This document shows, in pieces, positions 47,358 through 58,818 of a stretch of DNA of 64,000 bases. How positions within the stretch are numbered: position 1 is the stretch's first letter; every line of letters begins with the position of its first letter. This DNA is from Flectonema sp. DT1601. Lineage: Eukaryota. Position numbers and translations under genes: made by a program. Location: the NCBI GenBank assembly GCA_964019425.1, contig OZ025793.1, forward strand, positions 1,240,001 to 1,304,000. Direction: 5' to 3'. The notes under the pieces are model-generated. The model was not told where the DNA came from. It worked only from the letters and a program-made list of their open reading frames with translations, and made no database searches.

Positions 47358-48313
47358 TTTTTTTCTTTTTTTTGGTTACACTCGGGGGCGTCATAGTGCA
47401 GTGGATGGGGTGGTGCCCCCGCACCCAATCGGCCTCGGTTCGAACCCCGCTGTACGCACCGCGCCTCACAGCGCAATCAGTTTCCGTGTCGCATCCCCCA
47501 TTGTCTCGAAAAAGTGAACGGCCACCCAGTAAGGGCAGCGCCTAAGCAATTATAGTAGTAACAAAAAGAAGGAGAAACACAGTAGTGAAACACTCAAAAA
47601 AAAAAAAAAAAAAGGTTACACTCGTCTGTGCTTCCAGACTCTTTGTTTTTGTTCTTTTCACTTCTTTGTTTTGTCTTTCTTTTATACTTTCTTTTGATTT
47701 AAGTCTGACAAATTGGAAAACACGGGAAACATAGGTAGGCTCCGCCTGAGGACGTAAGAAGAGCGGCAACGGAAAAATACATGGTCACGCGTCCTTGAAA
47801 TTGGACACACGAAGCTAATTCGGTTACCATTCCTATCATCGATAAGGAAAAACAAAGAATCGAGCATATAACTAGAGCGGTGGTCAAAGACCACTTGAAC
47901 AGCCCGAAGGCCTGCCCTCAAGAGAAATTTATAAGGAGAATAGGAGAAGAAGGAGACAGGAGTGTTGGAAGAGACACTGCGACAACTCCGAAGGTGATGT
48001 GCAGTTACCCAACCAGGAGATGATTGATAATGATGAAAATACTAAAAATTATAACAAATTGATATTGGCGACTACATGTCACCTACTTTATTTCCAGAGT
48101 CTAAGGTTAGATGTCTGTTCCATCCACCTTATGATCAACGCGAGTGATGGAAGCCACGCCAAAGTGAAGAGAGCTTCAAGGTTAGGAATTTCGTTGGCAA
48201 TAATAAGTTCTCGATCGCGATCCCACTTGCCGGTCAGTGTTGAGAAGCCCAGGATTTTGAACCTGGCCGAGTCGAGTTTGGGAGATTGACATCCCTGCAG
48301 CAGGTGAACCTGT
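47358..48313 (-). mobile_element. family A copy A3 (short 3' fragment) interrupted by a SINE
   Basis: 3' UTR and last ~75 codons match A1/A2. Confidence 0.9.
47385..47613 (+). mobile_element. tRNA-derived SINE with poly(A) and 11-bp TSD
   Basis: A box TAGTGCAGTGG, B box GGTTCGAACCC, A18 tail; GGTTACACTCG at 47374-47384 and 47614-47624. Confidence 0.85.
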
Positions 48314-51300
48314 CCTGGAAAATGGAAAGGGAAAAAAGGAAAGAAAGGAACCAAGGGAGAGAGCGGTAAAGGAAAAAAAACTGTTTTGTCACCACCGTCA
48401 ACCTCAGTAACCCCGTCAATAGAACAAAACGGACATTTTAAACCAGCTAAAATTATTATTAGATGCACAAACAAAGCATCTAACAACAAAGATCATTGGC
48501 ACTTTTCTAGCCGATGATCCGAAAAAGCAAGCAGAAGCTTGGGATGCGGAATTAAACCCGCAAGAAAAAGAAGGTTTTCAACAAGGATCGATGGACGAAG
48601 ACATCGATCTTGTGAAGCTGAAGCTGGACAAAGAAAACAGTGATAGTGATGACAACACAAAAAGAAAAAAAGAAGAACCTCCGAATTGACTGTTTCCTTA
48701 TAATTTTTATCTTTTTTATTTCTCGAACCTTCTTTTGTGTGGAGACATCCACCCGAACCCGGTCCACAAAAAAAGCGGGAGGAGATTGTTAAAGTGGAAG
48801 GAGGAGAACGGTAAGGAAGTCTCACAGGCGGTAACAAGCACACACGAGAAAAATATTGTGCCTGAAACCACCACGGAGCCTACCATGGACCATGACTCAG
48901 ACAAGATGACGTCAGACTCGAGCTCGATCTGCTCCCCACCGACACAAGAAGACCGCCCCCCCAGTAGGGATGTGTGGGTGCGGAAAGGAGATACCGCAAG
49001 CAGCGATCAAGAATCCGGTGAAACACCCGACGAAGGGATGGTGTGATAGGTGTGGAGAGCGGATCGCGAAGGGAACACGGGTAGTCATGTGCGTGAAGTG
49101 TGACCACGCTGAATGCTGCGGATTGTTGGAGAGATCGCGGCGTGGGAAAGAGAAGAGGAAAAGGAAATCACGGGGATCGCGATCGAAAAACGATGCCATG
49201 TGAGAAGCATGAAACGGAAAGTGAATGAACGGAAAAAATTAAATGTAAAGAAGTGAACTTGTAAAAAATGTAAAGAAGCAAACATGTGAAAAGAAAAATG
49301 AAAAAAAAAAGAAGAGTGAAAAGGAAGACAGAGTTGTATGTAAACTGTATGTAAATGTAAGAAGAAAGAAAAAACACGCTGGAAGTGGGAGTGCAACCAT
49401 CAGCGCAAACACAACCACAAATATTGTTTTTTTTCCTTTTTCTTTTCTTCGCTTCGGCGACAGATATGGTAGGACCTAGAAAACCGGCCCAAAACTTGTG
49501 TTGCAGTTTATCTTTTTAGCGCACACTCATGTAACATAAGGATCGCTGGTTCCGAGGGTTTGCTCTCCTGCCATACTTGCCTCTCACCTGCCTCAAAAAA
49601 AAAAAAAAGCAAAAAAACAGTGAGTTGAGAATTGTATCTTTTAATGTTTGTGGTCTCAAGTCGAAATCCGACGAAATAACTTTTTTTTACAAAATATAAA
49701 ACCTGACCTATTCATGGTTCAGGAAACTTTGTTAAAGGATAACGACGAAACCATTAATTTTAATGGGTACAAGTGTCTCAGAAGAGACCGGAGAATTCCG
49801 GTAAAAAAAAACGCACCCGTCAGAGGTGGTGGATTGGCAATTTTTTACAAGAACAGCCTAAGCGTGACGTCACAGCTGTTGCACAACACAGCCAAGACTG
49901 CACTGAAGTCCAGGGCATTTTGTGTCAAATTCAAAACAAACTGTAAGGGTATACAACGTGTACAGACCACCGGTAAGCCAATCAACCTCTGATAGGTCCC
50001 CCTCTTTTGATATGAATAGTATTTTTCTTTTTAATAAAAATGATAAAGTAGTTATCGCGGGGGATCTTAACGCAAGGCATCCACTCTGGGACCCGAGAGA
50101 CGAGTCAAACACAAATGGCCATGAAGTCTCGACTTTTCTAAACAATAACCAGTTTGAATGCTGCAACGTTAAGGAAATCCCCACAAGACCAAAATCAAAC
50201 ACTTCTCCTGATGTTGTTCTCCAAAAAAACTGTGATATTGGCAACTGGACGACGCTCGAATCTCTATCAAGCGATCATGTACCAATGTATTTTTCTCATT
50301 CTTTTTTTTCGGATTCGATAAACAGAGCGAACGGTGCAACGGTTTTTTCTTATAATTGGAACAGGGCACTGTGGCCAAACTACAGCTCCCACCTCGAAAG
50401 GGTGGCGAAGCGACTTGAAAAGATTCAAGATAACCAGAAATTATCAATGGAATTCATAAGAGAATTAAAAAATGCGCTACGGATCTTTGTACCAAGGATT
50501 TATTTGAAAGGAAAGTCACCAAAGAAGTGGTGGAACACGACGGTTGCATCTAAGTTTCATGAGTTCAACGAGTCACATTGTGACAAACGGGATGATCTTA
50601 CAGATCTGTCGCAACAGGGAAAGTCAATTTTTACATCTTTAAAAAAAGAACTCAAAAAAACAGTCGTTGATGCCAAGAATCAACAGTTTAAAAAAAGCCT
50701 TAAAAAAGACAAGTCTATTATTGAAGCTTTTGAAGACATAAGAGGCCTTGATGGAAGATCAAGGCTTAAAGAAATTCGAGAAATCACCTGTGGTGATAAA
50801 CTTGTTACAGATGATGTGAAAAAAGCATCAATTTTCAATAATCAATTTTTACAACGTGTTGGTAACATCGAAGAAAAAACAAAGACAAAGAAAATAGAAA
50901 CAGACCCTTCTGATTTTACACCATTTACACAACATGAACTTAGAATCCAATTGAGAGGAATGGCTCTGGAAAAGAACTCACCAGATGGCGTTCAAGGTAT
51001 TCTTCTTAACCATTTGGGACCTAGAATGCTAAACATTTTACTTAAGATTTTTAACAATTCGTGGAAACATTCTGTTGTCCCGAGTGATTGGAAAGACACA
51101 CACTGGATCCCTGTTTTAAAAAAAGGAAAACCCCCAAACCTCCCCTCTTCATATAGAATGATCTCTCTCACCCCTTTTATTGCGAAATTGATGGAAAGAA
51201 TGGTGAAGGAACGTCTTACGTATTTTATGCAATCACCGAATGAAAAGAAAACTGACGGTATTGGTTTCAACCAAACTTCTTATCGGAAAACGCGTTCTTG

Positions 51301-53234
51301 CCGGGAAAACATCCTATATGTTACGGACAGACTTAGATTTCTTAAACACCAAAAAAAGTCAGCGGCCCTTGTTCTTCTTGATATAGAAAAAGCTTTTGAT
51401 AGTGTGAACCATGATCTTCTCCTTCAAAGGATGGTAGATCTTGGAATACCAAAACATTTTATAGCCTGGATTCAGGCCTTTCTTAAAAAACGAAGAGCAG
51501 CGGTTGTTGTTAATAATGAAAAAAGTTCTTACCACAATGTTTATTCTGGCGTTCCACAAGGAACAGTTTTGTCGGCTCTACTTTTTACTCTGTATATTGA
51601 AAAAGTAGCAGAGAGACTAGATATTACGGTTGCTAAGTATGCGGATGATATTGCTTTTGTAGTTGATGATGAAGGGAAAGGTTTTACTTATCATTTGGCA
51701 AAAACGAAATATTTCTTTAATGAGATTGAAAAGGATCTAAACGAATTAAAATTAAAAGTAAGTTATGAGCCTGACAAAACAAAACTTGTGTATTATCCCT
51801 ACTCCCCAAATTCCCCACTACAAACACCTTTCACTTTTACTTCAAATTTAACAAAAAATATTGTTCCATGTGTTGATAGCGCCAAGCTTCTTGGGGTGAT
51901 CCTTGATAACAAGCTCGATTGGAAACAGCATATCTCGTATATTTGTAGAAGAGTTAATCTTCGCTTAAGGTATCTGAAGCTTGTCGCATCAAAAGCATGG
52001 GGACAGTGTACTGCTACTTTGCGTGAGGTGTATGATTTATATATTCGACCTGTCATACCAAACTCGTGTGAAGCTTTTTATCCTGAAGTTAGGTATAAAA
52101 AGATTCACATGGACAGGCTTCTCTCTTTACACCTTAGGGGTGCGTGCTATGTTTTAGGTGCCTTACCACCAACAAGGGAAACAAGAGATAAGATCTTTTT
52201 TGAGGCACAGCAACAAAGTATCAACACCCATTTGAGACTTGAAACTGGTAGATGGTTCGCCAAAATGGCGCGAATCACATCCCCTTTATTAAATGTCTTT
52301 ATTCCACCTGAAAGAATATCCTCAACACCCATTGATTCTTTTACTCGTTTAGGAATGAATGTTCTGAAAGAACACAACCTTCTATCACTCAGTTTTGAGA
52401 AATATCCCATTTACGTTCATCCTCCATGGAGTTTTTCAAATGATTTCAATGTTTTTAAACCAGAAATGCATGTTAGAAAAAAAAAAGACAAAAAGAAAAA
52501 TAAAAAAGCCTGTGAAGCTGTTCTTAATGAAATAAGGAAAGATTATGAACCAGTCTTAGAGGTATATACCGATGGTGCCGTTGTTGAAGAACGCGGTGCT
52601 GCGGGTGTGTGCATCATAGACAGCGAAGGAAACGAATTTCTCACAAACAAAAGTGAAGCAGGAATAATCTGCACCTCTTTTAGGGCTGAAATGATGGCGA
52701 TCAAAAACGCTTTTGTTTTACTTTTTAAGGAATTTGAACCGCCGGAAAATGCGTCAGTTTTATTTGTGTCAGACTCCTCCAGTGCCTTGATGGAACTGGA
52801 AAAAGGGGGAACAAAACAGAAAACGAGACTAGGAAGCCGCATCTGGCAGTTTATTGAATTTTTCAACAATAAATTCAAAACAAAGTTTATTTTCCAGCAT
52901 GTCTTTTCTCACTGTGGTATTGTCGGAAACGAAGAAGCAGACAAACTAGCCCAAAACATTTCATTAAAAAAAGATGAAGAAACCCTTTTAAAACAAAAAA
53001 AAGTTCCCATAGACTACAGCACCCGTGTAGCTAAACTAAAACACAGAATAAAAGAAAAAATTGACCCGTCCTTTCCCATCTGAAACTGAAAGAGCGGAAG
53101 AAATTCTGATTTCACAACTCAGAATTGGCGACTGTAAACAAACACAAGGGAAATGTCCTAGGTGCAGAGAAAAGGACTCTGTAGAGCATCTTTTAGCAAA
53201 ATGCTCAAAGTACAGAAAAGAGAGGAGGATGTAT
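48314..53234 (+). mobile_element. family B copy B2 (ORF1 end, TGA, 2A-like motif, Cys-rich region, APE, RT, RNase H; frameshifted; 3' end interrupted)
   Basis: LLLCGDIHPNP, SFNVCG, VQET, GDLNARH, SSDH, YADD; frameshifts near 48760, 49650, 49900 and 53065. Confidence 0.9.
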
Positions 53235-53910
53235 AGGCGAAAGCCGCCGGTACCGAACTGGTCATTGGCCAGGCCCCTCTTCACGGACTGGAAGTCCCTC
53301 CAGGGTATGTTGAAAATCTAAAGACCACACCTATATGGCGTCTGGTTTTTTTGGGGGGGGTCTGGTTGCAGGTTGTGTGTCCTGCTTCGCGGGGGCTTTG
53401 GTCACGTTTCCAACCTCGCTCCCGCCGTTTTTTTTGAATACTATTTTAAGCTGTAACGGGCTACAGGGCATGGGGCGCTCAACCTGTAGTACGTGTCCCC
53501 CGAATCCCCATATTCGACAGCACATATGGGATTTTTTATCGATACCAACTGTTGATTTCTTATATTGCAACCAGGTTTGGCCGAACCCTATTCTCGTTTT
53601 TGCCAGTTTCAAGTTGCTTTCATAATATTAGTATCAAGTTACCTCCCTAGAAATATTTTTTTTCTTTCTAAAAATTTCCTAAATATTTATTTGATTTTGA
53701 AGTGTAAAGAAATAGTTTTTATGCTGTAACGGGCTACAGGGCATGGGGCGCTCAACTGGCCCCCGAATCCCCATATTCGACAGCGCATATTGGATTTTAT
53801 CGATACCAACTGTTGGTCTCTTTTCATTGCAACCAGGTTTGGCCGAACCCTATATTCGTTTTAGCCAGTTTCAAGTTACTTATATTTAATCGTGTCAAGT
53901 TACCTCCTGC
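53235..53910 (-). mobile_element. repeat C element: two tandem ~200-bp units plus a GC-richer coding-like remnant
   Basis: Units at ~53450-53647 and ~53723-53907; a third copy lies in the intron at 3864-4360; strand is tentative. Confidence 0.6.
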
Positions 53911-54188
53911 AGGTAATATCCCAGACTTGCCCCCTAATTTAATTGGACACCAACCTGCACTAAAGTGATTTCTGTTTTTTTCTTCAAAATCATAAGTTGG
54001 TAAGGCATCTGAACTGCAGCACAGCTTATGCCCAATGTACTTACACTAACATTTGGAACAATGGACGGCACCAAGTTGTTATCGGAGGTTACAATCTTTT
54101 TAGTATATCACATCACTCCTAATTCGTCTCCTAATAACTCTCTGAGGACATTCGTAGAGCTTTATGGCTCGTAGGTAACCGTCCGAAT

Positions 54189-54332
54189 TGATCATTAGCT
54201 TTGTATTTACAGGGTCGTGAGCTTCCTATCCGGGGAAGTCCTCCAACGGACTCACATAATTGCACTCGTTGTTGCTTATTTACTTAGTTATAAAATAAGA
54301 GGAGCGAGTATGCTCAGAAAGTAGAAAGACAG
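54189..54332. repeat. structured dispersed repeat D, copy 2
   Basis: Homologous to 41781-41940. Confidence 0.75.
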
Positions 54333-54386
54333 GAGATTAATAAATGTTTATTTGTTCAACCCCCGTAGCAGACCTCCCACTCCTTT

Positions 54387-54398
54387 TGTACTTTATTG
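54387..54398 (+). other. spliced-leader remnant upstream of the 1177-aa ORF
   Basis: TGTACTTTATTG ends 16 nt before the ATG at 54415. Confidence 0.7.
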
Positions 54399-54414
54399 AA
54401 ACCAACACATTCCA

Positions 54415-57400
54415 ATGAGCGAAATGGAGGCTATGACCCCCCTGAAAGACATTATGAACTTCAATATTAAAATGGTGAAGAAGGGTTTTGGAAGTGATCG
54501 TGTATTCGATAAATACAAGGATGTTAAGGAGGTAATTGAGAAATTTGCAGGAGTAGGGGATAAAGCCGCAGAGATGATATTGGAAAAAAAACCAATATCA
54601 ATAGCATCTGACTTTCCTGACAGAGTAGCTGAGATCACCATCGAAGGGAAAGAGCTGAAGCTGTTAGCACCTCATTCCTTTGTTGAGGGATGGGTTACTG
54701 CTTGCTCAGAAAGCAATTGCCCTCCTGTTTTCTATTCTCTGTATACGAGGAAAGTAAAAGATGAGTTAGACTTCATGCTCTTCGACAGCAATATTCCTGT
54801 TCTCACACTGATTCAAAAGGACCGTGAGAACGACAACATCCACTACTTCGATGGAATTAAAGATCACTTCAAGGATGCCATGAGGGATGCCGTACATGAC
54901 AAAACGTTCTTTGTTGTACTCCCGAGGAAGTCTCCCGGGTGCACTGCCGCACATGAGTTCCTACGACTACTGTATCTGACTCTGAGGAAGGAATGTAGGA
55001 ACGACAGCATGGATCTCTTTATACTCGCTGATGATGACATCAAGGGTTCACGTTGTCACGTTCGGAATGAAGTGGGAGAAAAGTTCACTAAAAAGACTGC
55101 GGATGGTAAGATCTCCGATTTGGTGCGCAACCTTACAGAGTTTGTGGATCAACTTGATGAGAAACCCCTCGTGTTGAGTCTGAATCGTGCCCACACTGCA
55201 CTACTGCTTCCTACTATTTACAATGAACATGGTGATCCTAATCCCCCAAGGAGAGGGACAAAGTCTGATTCGTTTCTTCTGATCCACGCACGCGACAATA
55301 ACATAATTAGCAATCTTCCGTTCTGTTCCTCCAGTCAGCTCTTGTTGGATGATGACACGAGACAGGTATTCAAGTGGTTAGTGGGAAATACGAAGAGCGG
55401 AATGGAAGTATTAGAGATTGAGATAGAAGGAAAGAAGATCGATGTGAAGGCGACCAGGATATTCTCGCAGTTCGAAGACTACTTCTTCCACATGTTGCTC
55501 GCACACACGAACAAAATTAAGCCGGGTTTGCCACGATCATGGATGATTGCGGGGGCGAAACTCTTAAAGTCTGATTCAAAAGGAAACACGACTAACATAG
55601 AAAATGATGGCTTAAAGGTAGCACAAAATAAACTAATACCCTATTGCCGCCTGGCATCTATGCTGCAGATCGATCCGTTTATTGAAAAAGCCAACAAACT
55701 AAAAGTACAATTAAGGATCCTTGATGGCAACGAAGACGCATTTTCCATCCGACAGTTTTTTCTTCGAAGAATAAAAATTGAACGAGTTTCTGCGAAATTA
55801 TTTCGGCCGGCTTTTAAGTTACCACTGATACCGTTGACTATGGTGTTGTGTTTTGCGGTGTCTGTGAATGTATTTCACTTTACTACTGAACAGATGTCTG
55901 ATTACGTTGGCGCAACAATACTTGCACACTTAGGAGCAAGGTTTATGACTCTTATTTTCGCAACGATGCCAATCCTTTACGTCTTGGGTGTGATCCACAA
56001 AGTTATTAGAGATTTTATACGTGGGTTTGATTGGCGCAGCCCAATAAAAAACAAATCTCCTACGGGGAATAATCTTTCATGGAAACCGAGCGCAACAGAT
56101 TCGTATAAGTTTAATTTTGAAATCGCAGACGGGTATACTAAGAATTCCATAGTCATAACACGGGAAGGTTGTACTCTAAAGCTGAAGGAATCTGCTCTAA
56201 AGAAATGGAACAAAGGGATTCAGGAAAAAAACCCTCTCTTCTTCGACTTGGGGTTTGATAAAAACAGAAATTCGTGGCAACTAACGGACCGCCCGATACT
56301 TGTGCTCACGAACTTCAAAATACCGATGGACAAACATGCCCTTTACGTATTCAGCAATAAGTGTGTCAGTTGCGGGAGGTGTAATGAGCTGAAAGCGTGT
56401 GAAGAATGCAATCAGAAAGAATGCGAGTGCACGAGTTGCGAGAAATGCAAAAAGCAACTATGCAAGGAGTGCCGGTGGTGTGATTGTGAGTCGGTGTCAA
56501 TAACTAATGCACAGATTCTACGCTTGATATTCTTTATTATGGCTGCACACCAACGAGGCAGAAGTTCATCTGAAAACAATCTTTTTAATCCGATCAGTCA
56601 ATTCGTTATCGCGGAGGAATGTAGTTTTGAGATACCTGTTTTTAATGACGACGAGTTAGATTTCACGTTGCGGGGTGCACCTGAGCACGTGGTGGTGGAA
56701 CTATTTAAACAGAAGCAAAGTGACCTTGTGCTGTCATTCTCGGACGTTTCCGGCAAGCGACTTCCTGTTTCCCGCATTCAACACCACGAATTGGTACTGA
56801 AAACTATCAGAGAGGAGATTGAAGGAACTCTTAAAGAAAACACGAGCAGTTTATTTCAGCAAAAACTTAAAGATTACACTTCGTCGTTGTCCATGAAAAA
56901 TAAACAAGATAGAGAAGTGGAGCGTCGAGAAAGAAAAGAATCAGAAAGACGGGCAGTTGAGGAATGCAAACGTCAGGCGAGAGAAGAGGAGGAGCGCCAA
57001 AGGCAAGAAGCCAATTGTCGAGAAGTGGAACGTCGAAAGAGAGAAGAATCAGAAAGACGGACAGCTGAGGAATGCAAACGTCAGGCGAGAGAAGAGGAGG
57101 AGCGCCAAAGGCAAGAAGCCAATTGTCGGGAATTGGAACGTCGAATGAGAGTAGAGGAGGAGCGTCGAGAAAGAGAAGAATCAGAAAGACGGGCAGTTGA
57201 GGAATACAAACGTCAGGCGAGAGAAGAGGAGGAGCGCCGAAGGCAAGAAGCCAATTGTCGAGAAGTGGAACGCCGAAGGAGAGAAGAGGAGGAGCGTCGA
57301 AAGAGAGAAGAATCAGAAAGACGGGCAGTTGAGGAATACAAACGTCAGGCAGAAGAGGAGGAGCGCCGAAGGCAAGAAGCCAATTGTCGAGAAGTGGAAC

Positions 57401-57948
57401 GTCGAAAGAGAGAAGAATCAGAAAGACGGGCAGTTGAGGAATACAAACGTCAGGCAGAAGAGGAGGAGCGCCGAAGGCAAGAAGCCAATTGTCGAGAAGT
57501 GGAACGTCGAAAGAGAGAAGAATCAGAAAGACGGGCAGCTGAGGAATGCAAACGTCAGGCGAGAGTAGAGGAGGAGCGCCGAAGGCAAGAAGCCATTTGT
57601 CGAGAAGTGGAACGTCGAAAGAGAGAAGAGGAGCACCAACTGCAACTGCAACAACAGTGGATTCTACTACGGCAGCAAGGACAGTTAAGGCAGCCTCGGT
57701 GTTCATATGAGAATGAATCTAGCTCTGATGACGGATACGGAAATAGCTGCTCTAATAATTACTCATCCCCACCTTCGAGAACATCACATCCGGGATCATC
57801 ATGTTCGAGAGGTCAATTGCAAGGAATGTCAATCTCAGAGTTGCGTACGTTTGTCGGACAGAACGGACTCGATGTTCGCACGAATACTGGTGGGTATGAA
57901 TGTCGGACAAAGAACGATATCGTTAATGACATTTTGCGTGAGATCTGA
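54415..57948 (+). CDS. intronless multidomain protein: putative GT-A (TAGT/GREB1/JGT-like) glycosyltransferase, two TM-like segments, Cys cluster, charged repeats, SAP/HeH-like C-terminus
   Basis: VVLPRKSPG, FILADDDI, FEDYFF; CxxC series; MSISELRTFVGQNGL. The ORF is clear; the domain call is by eye. Confidence 0.65.
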   Translation: MSEMEAMTPLKDIMNFNIKMVKKGFGSDRVFDKYKDVKEVIEKFAGVGDKAAEMILEKKPISIASDFPDRVAEITIEGKELKLLAPHSFVEGWVTACSESNCPPVFYSLYTRKVKDELDFMLFDSNIPVLTLIQKDRENDNIHYFDGIKDHFKDAMRDAVHDKTFFVVLPRKSPGCTAAHEFLRLLYLTLRKECRNDSMDLFILADDDIKGSRCHVRNEVGEKFTKKTADGKISDLVRNLTEFVDQLDEKPLVLSLNRAHTALLLPTIYNEHGDPNPPRRGTKSDSFLLIHARDNNIISNLPFCSSSQLLLDDDTRQVFKWLVGNTKSGMEVLEIEIEGKKIDVKATRIFSQFEDYFFHMLLAHTNKIKPGLPRSWMIAGAKLLKSDSKGNTTNIENDGLKVAQNKLIPYCRLASMLQIDPFIEKANKLKVQLRILDGNEDAFSIRQFFLRRIKIERVSAKLFRPAFKLPLIPLTMVLCFAVSVNVFHFTTEQMSDYVGATILAHLGARFMTLIFATMPILYVLGVIHKVIRDFIRGFDWRSPIKNKSPTGNNLSWKPSATDSYKFNFEIADGYTKNSIVITREGCTLKLKESALKKWNKGIQEKNPLFFDLGFDKNRNSWQLTDRPILVLTNFKIPMDKHALYVFSNKCVSCGRCNELKACEECNQKECECTSCEKCKKQLCKECRWCDCESVSITNAQILRLIFFIMAAHQRGRSSSENNLFNPISQFVIAEECSFEIPVFNDDELDFTLRGAPEHVVVELFKQKQSDLVLSFSDVSGKRLPVSRIQHHELVLKTIREEIEGTLKENTSSLFQQKLKDYTSSLSMKNKQDREVERRERKESERRAVEECKRQAREEEERQRQEANCREVERRKREESERRTAEECKRQAREEEERQRQEANCRELERRMRVEEERREREESERRAVEEYKRQAREEEERRRQEANCREVERRRREEEERRKREESERRAVEEYKRQAEEEERRRQEANCREVERRKREESERRAVEEYKRQAEEEERRRQEANCREVERRKREESERRAAEECKRQARVEEERRRQEAICREVERRKREEEHQLQLQQQWILLRQQGQLRQPRCSYENESSSDDGYGNSCSNNYSSPPSRTSHPGSSCSRGQLQGMSISELRTFVGQNGLDVRTNTGGYECRTKNDIVNDILREI
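56915..57632 (+). repeat. coding tandem repeat, ~38-aa unit (ESERRAVEEYKRQAREEEERRRQEANCREVERRKRE)
   Basis: About six near-identical units seen directly. Confidence 0.9.
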
Positions 57949-58818
57949 TAATAAATAAAAAAAGCGAACGCATTCAAAAAAAGAATCGGCAAACTTCACT
58001 TTTTTACTTACTCACTCACACTTTTATTTGTGAGCAACCTGTAGAAAATCCTAATAAAGGAATAGGTTAGTTACACTGCTACAATTCTCTTTCTACCGAA
58101 CAATAGGTTTCTAAGTACAATTTTTTTTTTCTTTTTTCAAAAGTATTTCTCTGTGAAGAAGCAATGGAACAACCCACACTCGTCGTCGTTTTCTCTTTTC
58201 TTTTGTGAAGTGTGTTCCCTTGCTTCCAGACTTTCGAATTTCGTTCTCTGATTCTTCTGATCACCTACCCTCTGGAATTACCTGGTAACTAACGAAGAAA
58301 AGCCTAAACCCAATCATCCCCTGACAACTCGTTTTTATTCTTGACCTTCATTTTATTTTGCTTTCAATTTTCTTTCCGGCTGGAACCGTTCGTGTACTTA
58401 TCTCTCGTTAGAACAGGTCTGCGCCAAATTCTTTGGTTCTCACACTTTTGTATTTAACGTGGTTGTGCCTACAAGTGTCGTGTTTCTTCTTAATTATTGA
58501 TGGAAAATAAGATTATCTCCCCATCAAGTAATCCCCTTTGCAATGGATAGCTTTTATTTTTGGATACCAGCACGTACTGCTAAGGATTTGGTTTATTCTT
58601 GGTTGTCATTGTTGTTATTGTTTCTATTTATTTTTTGATATAGCACACTGCTACATCATGTTGTTATGTTTCGCATCTAATTCTCACCAATTTGTGTGGA
58701 ATTGATAGATGTCATTCTCACTCCCCGTTTTTATTTTTCCACTCCACTACCAACAAGTAGTCCCCGAATTACCAGAGTCGACAACGTCTTCTGGACAATA
58801 AGACAAAGAAATATATAT

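Noticed and set aside
56867..57706. 279-aa hydrophobic minus-strand ORF
   Set aside because: Antisense of the purine-rich charged repeat
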